Of a stretch of 64,000 bases of DNA, positions 1 to 37,800 are shown piece by piece. The notes below the pieces were generated by a model. That model was not told the origin of the DNA and searched no databases. It saw only the letters and a program-made list of their open reading frames with translations. Source of the stretch: Camelus ferus (Eukaryota); NCBI RefSeq assembly GCF_009834535.1, contig NC_045714.1:15066001-15130000 (forward strand), read 5' to 3'. The position numbers and the translations under genes are program-made. How positions within the stretch are numbered: position 1 is the first letter of the stretch; each line of letters starts with the position of its first letter.

Positions 1-15
1 CAAAGTGCTGGCCAT
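1..15 (-). CDS. STMN3: Stathmin-3 (SCLIP), first coding exon, partial (runs off the window start)
   Basis: The reverse complement reads gccagcaccATGGCCAGCACTTTG = MASTL, with a strong Kozak context and a GC-rich 5'UTR at about 16-110. It resembles the STMN3 N-terminus (MAST[I/V]S) and is divergent from RTEL1, as in the conserved synteny. Confidence 0.8.
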
Positions 16-639
16 GGTGCTGGCGGTGGCGGGGTGGAGGAGGCTGGAGATGCGCGGGCGGCGGCTGGAGCTGCAGTAGGCGAATGCTGCAGTGGCGGGG
101 AGGGGAGGGAGCAGGGAGGGCGGGAGGCGGGCTCCGCGCGAGGAGAGGTTGGGGGAAGCGCCTGGCTGTGGCACGGGCTGCAGCCGTCAGAGGGAGGGGA
201 CAGTGGGAGGGGACCACGGGAGGGGAGAGATCAGCCTGGGACGCAGAGCAGAGCGCTGCAACCAGATGCTTATCCTCCGACCGCTCACAGCTGTGACCCG
301 CTGTCCTCCTACACACTTGGGTTTGTGTGTTTGGGGGGATGGTGAAGACAGCCCCCATTGCCTAGAGTGGGTGCAGCAGGAGGGGATAGGGCTCAATGTC
401 AGGGTTGGGCGAGAGCTCTTCACTGAGGCCAATGTGAGGGGCCTTCTGTGTGCCCAGGCCTGTGCTGAGGGCAAAGCAAGTCATGGACAGTGAGGGTGGG
501 TGGTCTGGAAGGCTTCCCGGGGGCATCCCCCAGGATGAGCAAACTGTAAGGCAGAGAAGAAGCTAAATTGAGGTGATGAGGCCTCAAACAAGGACTTTGG
601 AACAAGACAGAGATGGGAGCCAATGCTGTGTGACCGAGG

Positions 640-730
640 GGGAGTTTCTGACCTCTCTGGGCCTCCATTTTTCAGATGTAAGTTGAGACAATGGTGCCAG
701 ATTGTGAGGGAGAGATTTTCACACTTAGTG
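640..730 (+). mobile_element. MIR SINE fragment
   Basis: tttctgacctctctgggcctccattttttcagatgtaag...tgtgaggga resembles the MIR core (cttaacctctctgagcctcagtttcctcatctgtaaaatggg). Boundaries are approximate. Confidence 0.55.
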
Positions 731-1524
731 AGCAAGTGGCATCCTGCCCCCACCCCATCCTCTGGACTCAGATTGACACTCCCAAAGGGAGAGCCTTTCC
801 TGCAGTGACCATGTCACCTATTTGCCAATGGGGAAGGGAAGTCATTCCCAGACAGACAGAGTGTCACTCTTGTTTTAGGGACGGAGCCTCCGAGGCCAAG
901 AGAAGTGCTTACTCCATAAGCAGTTAAGTCCTAGGGCCAGGAAGAGAACTCTAGGGAAACTTGGGAACAAGCAGAGAAATGAGGAGAGCTCAGAAAGATG
1001 AAAATCAGGGAGAAACTCAAGGATCAGAGTCAGCCTGGAGCAGGGCCAGCAGGTGTGTGTATAAACTCACATGGATGTGCACATACAGCAAGTATGTAAT
1101 TGGTTAACATTTGTCTTGTGGTCCACATGGTGTCTGGTCCACCATGGGAGTCCCACAAAGCCAGCCAGAGCAGACCCTCAGTTCAGGTTTGCTGACTTGA
1201 TCGAGATCCCTGTGCCCACTGAATGGGGCTTGCGACAGCCAACCTCTGTCTCCTTTTCTCTCATCTCTTAGGGTTTGGTACAACAGCACTTCCATGTTAT
1301 AATTTACAGGAGGCTGGGAAGTCCCCATGCACAATGTGTAACCAAGGTCTTGGAGTCCTCAGCTCCAGTTCTGGCCGGGAAGTTCTCGAAGTCTCTGGGT
1401 CCTGACCTTCCCTTCCTTGGGCTTTTGTCGGGGGAAACACTACTACTCTCAGAAGATGGGGAGTCTGGAAGTGAAGAGTGGACTTCCGGCTCTGGGACTC
1501 GCTGCTGTCTTGGGGCAATCTACT

Positions 1525-1660
1525 AACCACTCACCTTGTGCTTCCTCTCCTCACCTGTAAGGAGTGGATCATAAAGGAACTTATCTCAGGGGTCACTGGA
1601 AGGACAAACATCTTAATGCCTGCATAGATGGTACTGAAACTTGTGCCTGGTCAGCATTCA
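1525..1660 (+). mobile_element. MIR SINE fragment
   Basis: ttcctctcctcacctgtaaggagtggatcata...gtgcctggtcagcattcagcaa is MIR-core-like. Boundaries are approximate. Confidence 0.5.
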
Positions 1661-2349
1661 GCAAGTGTGTGGCCAGGTCTCCTAATCTTCTCCAAGCTCC
1701 ATGCTGAGACAGATACTCTACCATCCCCTCACCAGAAACAGGTGGGTGCAAGTTGATGCTAATGTGTGCCAGGCACTTCCTCAAGCATGATCTCACACAC
1801 ATCAGCATGGACACACATGTGGCATAAAGGTGTCATCAGCGGGAAAGCATCTGGACATTAAACAGACTATGAGACACTTGCTCTAAAATCAGCGTCGGTA
1901 GCTGACTGTGGGCTGTCACTGCAGAGTCAATTTCTTCCGGTGCTTTTGGGGGCATGCTGGGGTCGCCTAGACAAACATTTCTGACCACACAGAGCTGTGT
2001 AGACACGTGGAACACCCCCTTCCCCGGTTGACTGCCAGCTTGTGCTCGGTGCTGGGGATTCAGAGGGGCCCGCGCTGTCTAGTGGGGGACATTGACTGTA
2101 AAAGCGGCTGCACCCAGGGGACAGTGAGGAGAGGAGCCAGTGAGACGGTCAGGAGCCGAGTCATGAGGAAGGAGCAGTCCTTTGCGAAATTTAAGGCGAG
2201 TGATAGGCTCAGATTCCAGAATTAAAAAGACCTCCGGGTGTTTCAAGAACCACAGGAAACCAATTTGAAGGCTTGTGCAGTTGTGGGGGCAGTTGTGTGA
2301 GGGGGCTTGGCCCAGGGAGGGGGAATGGAATGGAGGCCCTGGTGGGGAT

Positions 2350-3130
2350 GATATCGAGGGAGGAGAATGCGGGACCCCAGTTTCGTGCCCGCAAGTGAGG
2401 AGGTGCCAGTCCCTGGGCTCAGGGTCAACGGAAAGGGTGGGACTGGAACGCAGCGCGCCTATAGTGCGCGGGCCCCTCGGCAGGGGAGCGGTTTCCGGCC
2501 GGAGCACGCGCAGAGGACCGGAATTGGGGGCGGAAGTGCGGCGCGTCCAGGGAAGACTACGCGCCTCAACTCGCAAAGTCGGAAGTCCTGCGGGTTGAGG
2601 ACGCGGTGGTGGTGCGTCAGCTGGACTGGGGCGAATTCCTGGGGAGCCTGGTCGAGGAAGGCGTCCCACGGACACCCTAGCACTGGTACCTGTGCCCACG
2701 CGGGGGCTTCCGCAACTGCAACTCCCGGCAGGCCCCGCGCCGCCCTCGGGCCGCGCGCGGGCGAGTCTGCCGCGGGGCACTGTGGGGCGCGTAGTGCCGG
2801 CTGCGCTCGCGGAGGGGCCGACCCGCAGGAAGGGCCGCCGCACGGGGTCTAGCGGGGCGGACTGTTGGCCCCAGTGTCCAGGCGGAGCTGGGCCTAGTGG
2901 GGTTGAGCGGCTTGCTGGGCGCCGGGCGGGTTCGCGGCCCAGGGCGGAGCAGCACACGTGCTCTCTCGCCGCACCTGGGACCGCCCGGTGGAGTGGTGGT
3001 GGGCGGGAGAAGAGGCAGGGCGGACGAGTCGGTTCTTTGTGGTGGGACGTCACGGGCTCGCCTTCCGTCCAGTCCCCTGCAGGGACTGCACCAGCTGACA
3101 GGCGGAGTGGCCTGGCGCTCCAGAAAGGGT
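2350..3130 (+). promoter_or_regulatory. RTEL1 CpG-island promoter and probable non-coding exon 1
   Basis: Dense CpG, GC box plus ETS motif (ggggcggaagtg, about 2527-2538) and a candidate donor CTG|GTACCT at 2685/2686. The exon 2 acceptor is ctctgccctag|G at 3171/3172. Confidence 0.75.
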
Positions 3131-3321
3131 CGCTTCTAACAGTCTTGCTGTCATTCCGCCCTCTGCCCTAGGGGCTCCCGCGGAGAAGAGCATCATGTCC
3201 CAGCGCCACAGGCTGGCATCGCTTCCCTGCAGTGGCTGAGACCCTGAGATGTTCAGAGGGGTTTTGTCTCCCAGACCCACACAGCCTGCGTTTCCGCTAA
3301 CCTCTGCCCTCCCGAGAATAG

Positions 3322-30773
<27,452 letters not shown>

Positions 30774-31171
30774 ACGTGGAGACCCTCTGGGCGCAGCAGG
30801 GTCTGCAGAAGCTGCGGCTACCCCTGCCTTGGGCACAGCTTGGACACTTGTCTGTTGGCTAGGGGTGGGCCAGGCTTGACAGCACAAACCCCTTGGCCAA
30901 GAGCCCACCTGACAGGCCAGTCCAGTGTCTGTGGGGACCCCAGAGACGGCCCCAGGGTCTGGGCCCCGGGTGAGAAGCCTTGAAGCCACCTTGCTTTCTG
31001 GGGAGGGTCCTACTAGAAGGTGCTTCCTCAGAACCTCCCAGGCTGCCCTGCTGGCTTGTGGGTGGAGCCCCAGGAGCTTTGCTGCTGAGCTAAAGAGGAG
31101 GAAGGAGGGGAGCCCTGCCCCTCCTCTCTGGGGGACCTTCTAGGGACCTGCTGTTAGTCAGGGGCAGGGCT

Positions 31172-31177
31172 AATAAA
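31172..31177 (+). terminator. RTEL1 polyadenylation signal
   Basis: AATAAA about 400 nt after the long-isoform stop and upstream of the TNFRSF6B ATG. Confidence 0.7.
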
Positions 31178-31587
31178 GCTGCTGCCACTACTGGGATGGG
31201 GTCTGCGTGGCCTGGGCAGGGTGGTGGGTTTGAGGGTGCCGGGAAGGATGGGATGGATGTCTCGGCAGTCTCCCTTCCACCTGGTTTCAGCGGCAGGTGT
31301 CTCCAGGGACTTTGTCCCAGTTTGTCCTGTAGGAGGGGTGCTGCTCCCCCCTTCCACCCTCCCACTGCCAGGCCTGGGAAGGGGGCCATGAGCTGCCCAT
31401 GGTGCTTAGGGGCCCTCACGGGACCACCCTTCCCCTGGGCTCTGGGGAGGCGGGGGCCAGAAGTGGGTCAAAGCCTAGGCCCCTGGTCGCCGACGTCTCC
31501 CCCGGTGGGGAGGGGAGGGGCTCCCGCGGAGGCGCAGCCAGGCCGGCCCTTATATGACCTGGAGGCCCCCGTTGCTCCAGCGAGACC

Positions 31588-33035
31588 ATGAGGGCCCCTC
31601 CTTGGTCGCTGCCATCTCTGCCGCTGGCTCTCGCGGCCCACGGGGCGGCGGTGGACGCGTCCACCTACCCGTGGCGAGACGCGGAGGCGGGGGGGTGGCT
31701 GGTGTGCAGCCAGTGATCCCTGGGCACCTTCGAGCAGCGGCCTGGAGGCCGGGACAGCCCCACGACGTGCGGTACGTGCCCGCCCCGCCACTACACATAA
31801 TTTTGGAACTACGGGGAGCGCTGCCACTACTGCAACGTCATCTGCGCGGAGCGCAAGGAGGAGGCGCGGCCGTGCAGGGCCACCCATAACCGCGCCTGCC
31901 GCTGTCGCCCCAGCTTCTTCGCACACGGCGGCTTCTGCCTGGAGCACACACCCTGCCCGCCCGGCGCCGGCATGGCTGCCCCCAGTGGGTGCGGGTGCGG
32001 GGGGCCGCCGTGCCAAGACCTCAGCTGAGCGAGGACGATCCCCGGCTCTCCTGACCCCGTAATCTGTCCTCGTTCTCAAACACCCGCAGCCAGAGCACGC
32101 AGTGCCAGCCGTGTTCCTAGGCACCTTTTCAGCCAGTAGCTCGAGCTCGGAGCAGTGCCAGCTGCACAGCCCTGGGTCCGGCCTTCAACGTGCCGGACTC
32201 CCTTCCACGACACCCTGTGCACCAACTGCATGAGCTTCCCACTCGGCTCCAGCGAGCTGGGGGCACTGGGTGAGCCGGAATGGGGCGCGGAGCCCCAGCT
32301 GTCGGGTCCGAGGCCAGCCCTGGAGCGTGAGGCTTTGGCTGGCTCCCAGAAGTTGTGTGGGTTCGAAGGGCACCGGAGCCCCACAGAGCCAACTTTGGAG
32401 AGCTCGGGTGGTGGGGGTGGCCCAGGGAATGCACCACGCGGAGGGTTTTAGCGCTGGTGGGTGATGCCATTTCCCGCCAACGTCGGGAAACAGGCTCAGA
32501 GGGTTTAAAGGCCTCCCATGGGGTCAGGGTGGTGAAAGGGGACTGAGCCCCTTAGCGTCCCATCTCATCCCTGGAGTTGACCCACGAACCCCGCCCCCAA
32601 CCCGCCTCCCTGCTGCCGCAAGTCCCACAGCTGCGGTCGACCCGCCACCACAGCTCAAGCCTAGCCCACTTGTTAGCCCGCAGGGGTTCGTTCCTCCTTT
32701 GTTCTGTCCTCACCACCCCCTGCCCACAGAGCCTAGCGAGGACCTGACTGAGCCCCCACCTCGCCACACCCTCCTGCAGGGACCAGGGAGTGCGAGCGCG
32801 CCCTTGTCGACTTCGTGGCTTTCCAGGATCTCTCCGCCCAGAGGCTCCTGTGGCTGCAGCAGGCCCTGACCAGCCTAGGGGCATGGAGCCTGCCAACGCC
32901 GCTGCCGGCGGCAAGGGCGGGCCGCACGGCCCTGTGGCTGAGACTGGCGGCAGCTCACGGAGCTCCTGTGAGGCGCCGGACAGGCTGCCCGGGCTGGAGC
33001 GCAGCATCCACGGGCGCTTCCTCCAGGCGCCCTGA
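31588..33035 (+). pseudogene. TNFRSF6B: Decoy receptor 3 (TNF receptor superfamily 6B), unitary pseudogene
   Basis: Three exons (31588-31984, about 32080-32269, 32780-33035) with DcR3 motifs TYPWRDAE, DSPTTCG.CPPRHYT, FWNY.ERC.YCNV.C.ER, CRATHNRACRC, ECERA.VDFVAFQD and LPGLERSI..RFL. Lesions: TGA at 31714-16, TAA at 31798-800, exon 2 acceptor CAA instead of CAG (32077-79), and frameshifting deletions in exons 2 and 3. A TATA-like cttatat is at about 31549-55. Confidence 0.93.
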
Positions 33036-33133
33036 GCGCCCTCCCATCATTTATTCACTCCCGGCCTGAGCCCCCCGCGTGGGCGGCCCCCTAGCCGTAC
33101 CAAAGGAGGCTTCTGACCTGGTTCCTGGGTCAC

Positions 33134-33139
33134 TTTATT
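33134..33139 (-). terminator. ARFRP1 polyadenylation signal
   Basis: TTTATT on + (AATAAA on -). A second one is at 33050-33055. Confidence 0.65.
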
Positions 33140-34866
33140 TTTTATAAAGCGGATTTGTCAGTGTGGCGTCTGACCGGCCACAGTGGGCACACCTGGTGGG
33201 GAAAGACCTGGGCAGCCGACCTGAGTGTCCAGCACTCTCAGGCTGGCCCCACCCCCATCTGACAGACCTCAATGGACAGTGGGTGGTAGCTGTGGGGCGC
33301 GGTGGGGTCCGTGAGGCCCGCTCTGCAATCCCCCATTGCCTGCTCAGTAGGTAGAGCCTTATGGAGGGTGGGCGGCCAAGCCCAGGGGCTCTCACTGCAG
33401 AACAGATGGCAACCCAGGGCAGTGGGCACCAGCCAGCAGGCCCTGGGCACCAGGACTCCCACTCAACCTGACACTCCCGTGGACTCTGCCCATTTCAAAC
33501 AGCAGGGATTTCCTAGGAAGGGACAGCCAAGGCCTCCTGGGAGGCCTAGGGTGTCCCACTGGCTTTCTGGGAAATGAGGCTTTTCTCCTCTGGGGCAGGT
33601 TCAGAAAACGGCTTGACTCACCCACCCAGGGGGACTCTCAGCCTTACCCTTGTTCTGGGAGCCCTCCCTCCACCAGCCCTGGAGCCCCCTGCCTGACCCC
33701 CAAGGAAGGGCCCCAGTGAGAGGCAGGGTCACAGCCTTCCCATGAGTCATCCCACCTGCAGCAGGCCTCCACCCCTAGCCCTGACTCATCCCTTCCTCAG
33801 CAACTCCCACGCCCCACCAGGGAGAACAGTCTGGGGGGCCTGACCTTCAGACACAAAGCTGCCAGGTCTCCAGAGGAACAATGGATAGGAGCCATTCCAG
33901 CTGTCTATTTTGTCCATGGCTCGGCTCACTGGGTGTTGCCAGCCCCCATGGGGGCTGTGGGGAGGGTCCTCACCTGGGGGGCCCCTGCTCCTGGGCATAG
34001 GCCTGGAAAGGGATTTCTAGATGCCTTACACCAGACCCGAGGGGCACACCACCCCTCACCCCCAGCTAGGAATGCACCCGAGCTGGTGACCACAGTCATC
34101 CTAGACTGGTGGCAGGCTCAGAGGGGGCACCCACTCCCACCATGACCCCATAGCTTCCCCTCCTGGCTTGGGATCAGAACGAGGTGGCTGGGCCAGTGCA
34201 GGGGGCACACGGCCTCCCAGGCAGATCTCCCCTGCCCTGTCCTGAGGCTGCGTCACAACCCACAGCCCTACTGGCTTGCAGGGACTAGGGCCACGTCTCC
34301 CTCGAGGCCTCCAGCCCACCGCCAGGATCAGAGATGAAAGAGGCTGAAGACAGTCATGACCCCACCAGCTTCCTCCACAGGCACGATACCCAGAGCCGCC
34401 CTGCAAGCCACAGAGGACCCCACCACCCTGGAAAACCCTATTTCCAAGCAGGGTCCCCTAAGGCCCCACTGGGTGCCAGGCATGCTGGCCTGCTGGGGCA
34501 GCAGCTCCAAAAGGAGAGTTGGCCTGCCAAGGCCTTACCCCAGGGCCTGCAACCTGGGCCTTGGTTGGGGGGGGGGGGGTTGGTGGTGTCCAGGCCTGAT
34601 GTGGCCCTGGGCCCTGGGCCCCAGTAGGAGTCGGGTGAGGGTCCTGTGTGGCACTGGCCTGGCTTACTGCCCCGGCCCCCCTGGCAGAAGCCCTTGGATG
34701 CCTACACTTATCTGGACACAGAGAAAAGTTTGTCTTAGAGAAAAAACAAAGCAAATGAAAACCAAAGGGCACAGCAAACCCAGCCCCAGGATCAGCGGTG
34801 CAGAGCCAGCAGAACTCCTCTAGCACGCAGGGATGCACGGTGGGCACCAGGGGTCGCCGGCTGTCC

Positions 34867-37800
34867 TTACGTGATGTCCCGCTGCCGCGGCGGCCGGTGC
34901 AGATTCCGCACAACGCACTTCACCATCCACTCAATGCCCTCGCGTACGCCCTTGCTGTGGAGACAGTGGGCATGAGACAGGGCCGGCCTGGGCCCCAGCC
35001 CACAGGATGAGGGTCCCACTCACCCCGTGAGGGCTGAGCAGGCCTGGGTCAGGCAGTCGCGCCTGCCGATCTTGGAGGTGCAGTCGCTGAACGCAGTCTT
35101 GATGTCAGGAATGGAGAGGCAAGCCTGGAGGAGGCAAAGCCGTGAAGAGCAGGGCCCTGCAGCCAGGACCCAGCCCCAGGACAGCGCCTAGAGCTGCCTG
35201 GCTGGACATGGGGGCTGAGGAAGGATGCGAAGCAGTGGGGGCCCTGGGGCTACTCCACCTAGGAGGGGTCTGAGGGAAATGAGGGATGGACAAGATGCAC
35301 GTGGTCTGAGGTGCACCCCAGCTGTCACGCCACAGGAGCTCCAGGAACCAGCTGCCCAGTGGTCCCAGGGGTGACGCTGGCACAGCTGCTGTCTCAAGGG
35401 CAGCAGACAGGTCAGGGTCAGTGCCGGCTCCCACCCTGGGTCCTTTGGCGTTTCCTTCCCAGAGCTTGCAGCTGGGTCCACCGCTGAAGGCGGACAGAGC
35501 ACGGCTATCTCCAGCGGATGGAAGGCGCAGGGCAGACTGGGCTTGGGGCGTCTGAGGGAGACAGCAGCCCTCCCTGAACAGACCCCCATCCCCCAGGGGC
35601 ACTCACCTCAACGTCCTGCTTGTTGGCCAGCACGAGGATGGGGACGCCGTCCAGTGCCTCACTCGTGACCATCTTCTCTGGGGCGGGCAGACAGGCGGCA
35701 GTGAGCACCCACTGTCCACCTCTGCCCAGAGGTCCCCACCTCCCTGCCAACCTGTCTACAGCACAGACATGCTCTCAGCCACAGCTCTCCTGACCTGCAT
35801 CTGGCCAGCCTCCCCTTACACCCAGCTCTGAACATGTGGGATGTGCAGCCTGGACCCAACCACTCCACTCCCCCACTGCCTGGCTGGCCGCACCCACCAA
35901 ACGCGTGCTTGGACTCCGACAGTCTCTCCTCGTCCGTGGAGTCAATGACGTAGATGACGCCGTGGCACTCCGCGTAGTACTGGGCAGGAGCAGAAGCGGG
36001 TGCTGAGCCACAGGCAGGGCAGCCCCTGACTGGAAGACCCTGCTGGGGTGCTTCCTGGGGGTGGGGAGGTAGGCAGAGTGGTGACGTGGCCCCAGACCCC
36101 TTGGACTTGGGGAGCCCCCCCCTTCCTAGGTGCTGTGGCCAAAGCCCACTTCAGTGTCTGCTCCTGACAACCATTCACAACCGCTGGCCTGACGGGGCCC
36201 AGACCAGGGAGTCTCTGCAGACCCGGGGGTGGGGGGAGTACACGAACAGGGCCTCGTGCCTGCTCGGATGGCAAGCCTGACCGGCATCCACTGGTGAGCC
36301 AGAGAGAGGCCATCGAGGGGCAAGGCTAGATACTCAAAGCAGCTCTGCCCTCTGCACAGGAGGCAGCATCAGCGAACTCCGAGGCTTGCAGGCTGGACTG
36401 GAGCCAGGGTCTGGGGGGGTGGAGGGTGCTGGGCCTCCTGACAGCAAGGGCGACAGAGGGGACCCCACCAGAACCACCAGAGCCCACCTTGTGGGGAGAG
36501 TTACAGGGGGTGGCATGGAGCAAGGGCACAGGGACAGGGAGTCTGCCTTCTGTCCTGATCGGAAATAGCACGGAGTGGGGGAGAGTATAGCTCAGTGGTA
36601 GAGAGCGTACTTCGCATGCACGAGGTTCTGGGTTCAATTCCCAGCACCTCCATTAAAAAAATAAATAAGCCTAATCCCCCGCCTCAACCAAAAGAAAAGA
36701 GCGCTGCGTCGTGTCTCGTGGAGCGTGTAACTGCATCCTTGCGGCTCTGCCCCGGCTCCCTGCCCACTGTGAGCCCTGGGACCCGAACACCCGTATGCGC
36801 CACAGGACACGACACTGTGTTGGGCACCCCGACTCCAGGATGAGACAAGCTTCTGTTCTCCGGCCAGCCTGCTGGGTGATGTGAGGGCCGCAGGCTGGCC
36901 TTGCTGCTGAGATCCGGGAGTGGCAGCCCGACAGCCGAGGCCTCGGTGCAGGAAGGGACAGCGTGGGAATCACCGTGTGGCTCTGGGGGCGGCAGAGGAC
37001 ACCAACCCGTGTGCAACGGGGCCCTGGCAGACAGGCGTTGGATCCACCGCCACAACCGCTGGACACTAGGTGACAGCCCAGCTGTGGCGGCAGTGACAGG
37101 AGCCACACACCTGGGGCTGCTGTGAGCAGAACCAGGAGCGCAAGGGGCTGCCCCAATCCCACGGCACCTGCTCCACCCAGACCCCAGTGGTGACATCACC
37201 TGAGACTGCACGGGGTCCCACACAACCGGTGGAAAAAGACGAGCCCAGGCGTGGCCTCTGGGTGGGCACGCGCTGGAGGTCACCCAGGTGTGGCCTGAGG
37301 CTGGCGCACATACAGACCCGTAAGTGGTAGCACACAGGATGGGGCTGTGGGGTGGATGCGAGGAAGTGGGCTCGGGGAGTGAAGGTCCAGCACATGTCTG
37401 CCTGGGACAAAGCGACTCAGCTGGCCCATACGGTGGCATGGTGGATGGCGCGGGGCCAGGGACGGCCTCAGGACACAGCATCTGGGAACCAGGCAGGGAG
37501 CAGGAGCTCCCCTCTCCACCCCTCCTGGGGACTCACAGGGGACTCTTGCCGCATGTCCCTATAGCTCTAGGCTCTGCAGTATTGGGGTTGGGGTGTGGTC
37601 ACCCCATCACACCCACTCACCAGGGGTACTACAGGAGACCTGCTAAGTCGCAAACCCTGGCTGCCTCCTGAGCAGGTCAGGCAACTCTCGCCCAGGGGCC
37701 AGTGGAGCTTCCATCCTGGCACAGGTATCTGACCCCACTGGCAGAGCACCCACTGCGCTCCACAGGCCGGGGAGCATATGAGAAACCCAGGGAACCCCCA

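Noticed and set aside
36578-36655. Genuine tRNA-Ala gene
   Set aside because: It has an A-rich SINE tail, an extended 5' end, a mismatched anticodon stem and no T-run terminator. It is best explained as a tRNA-derived SINE.
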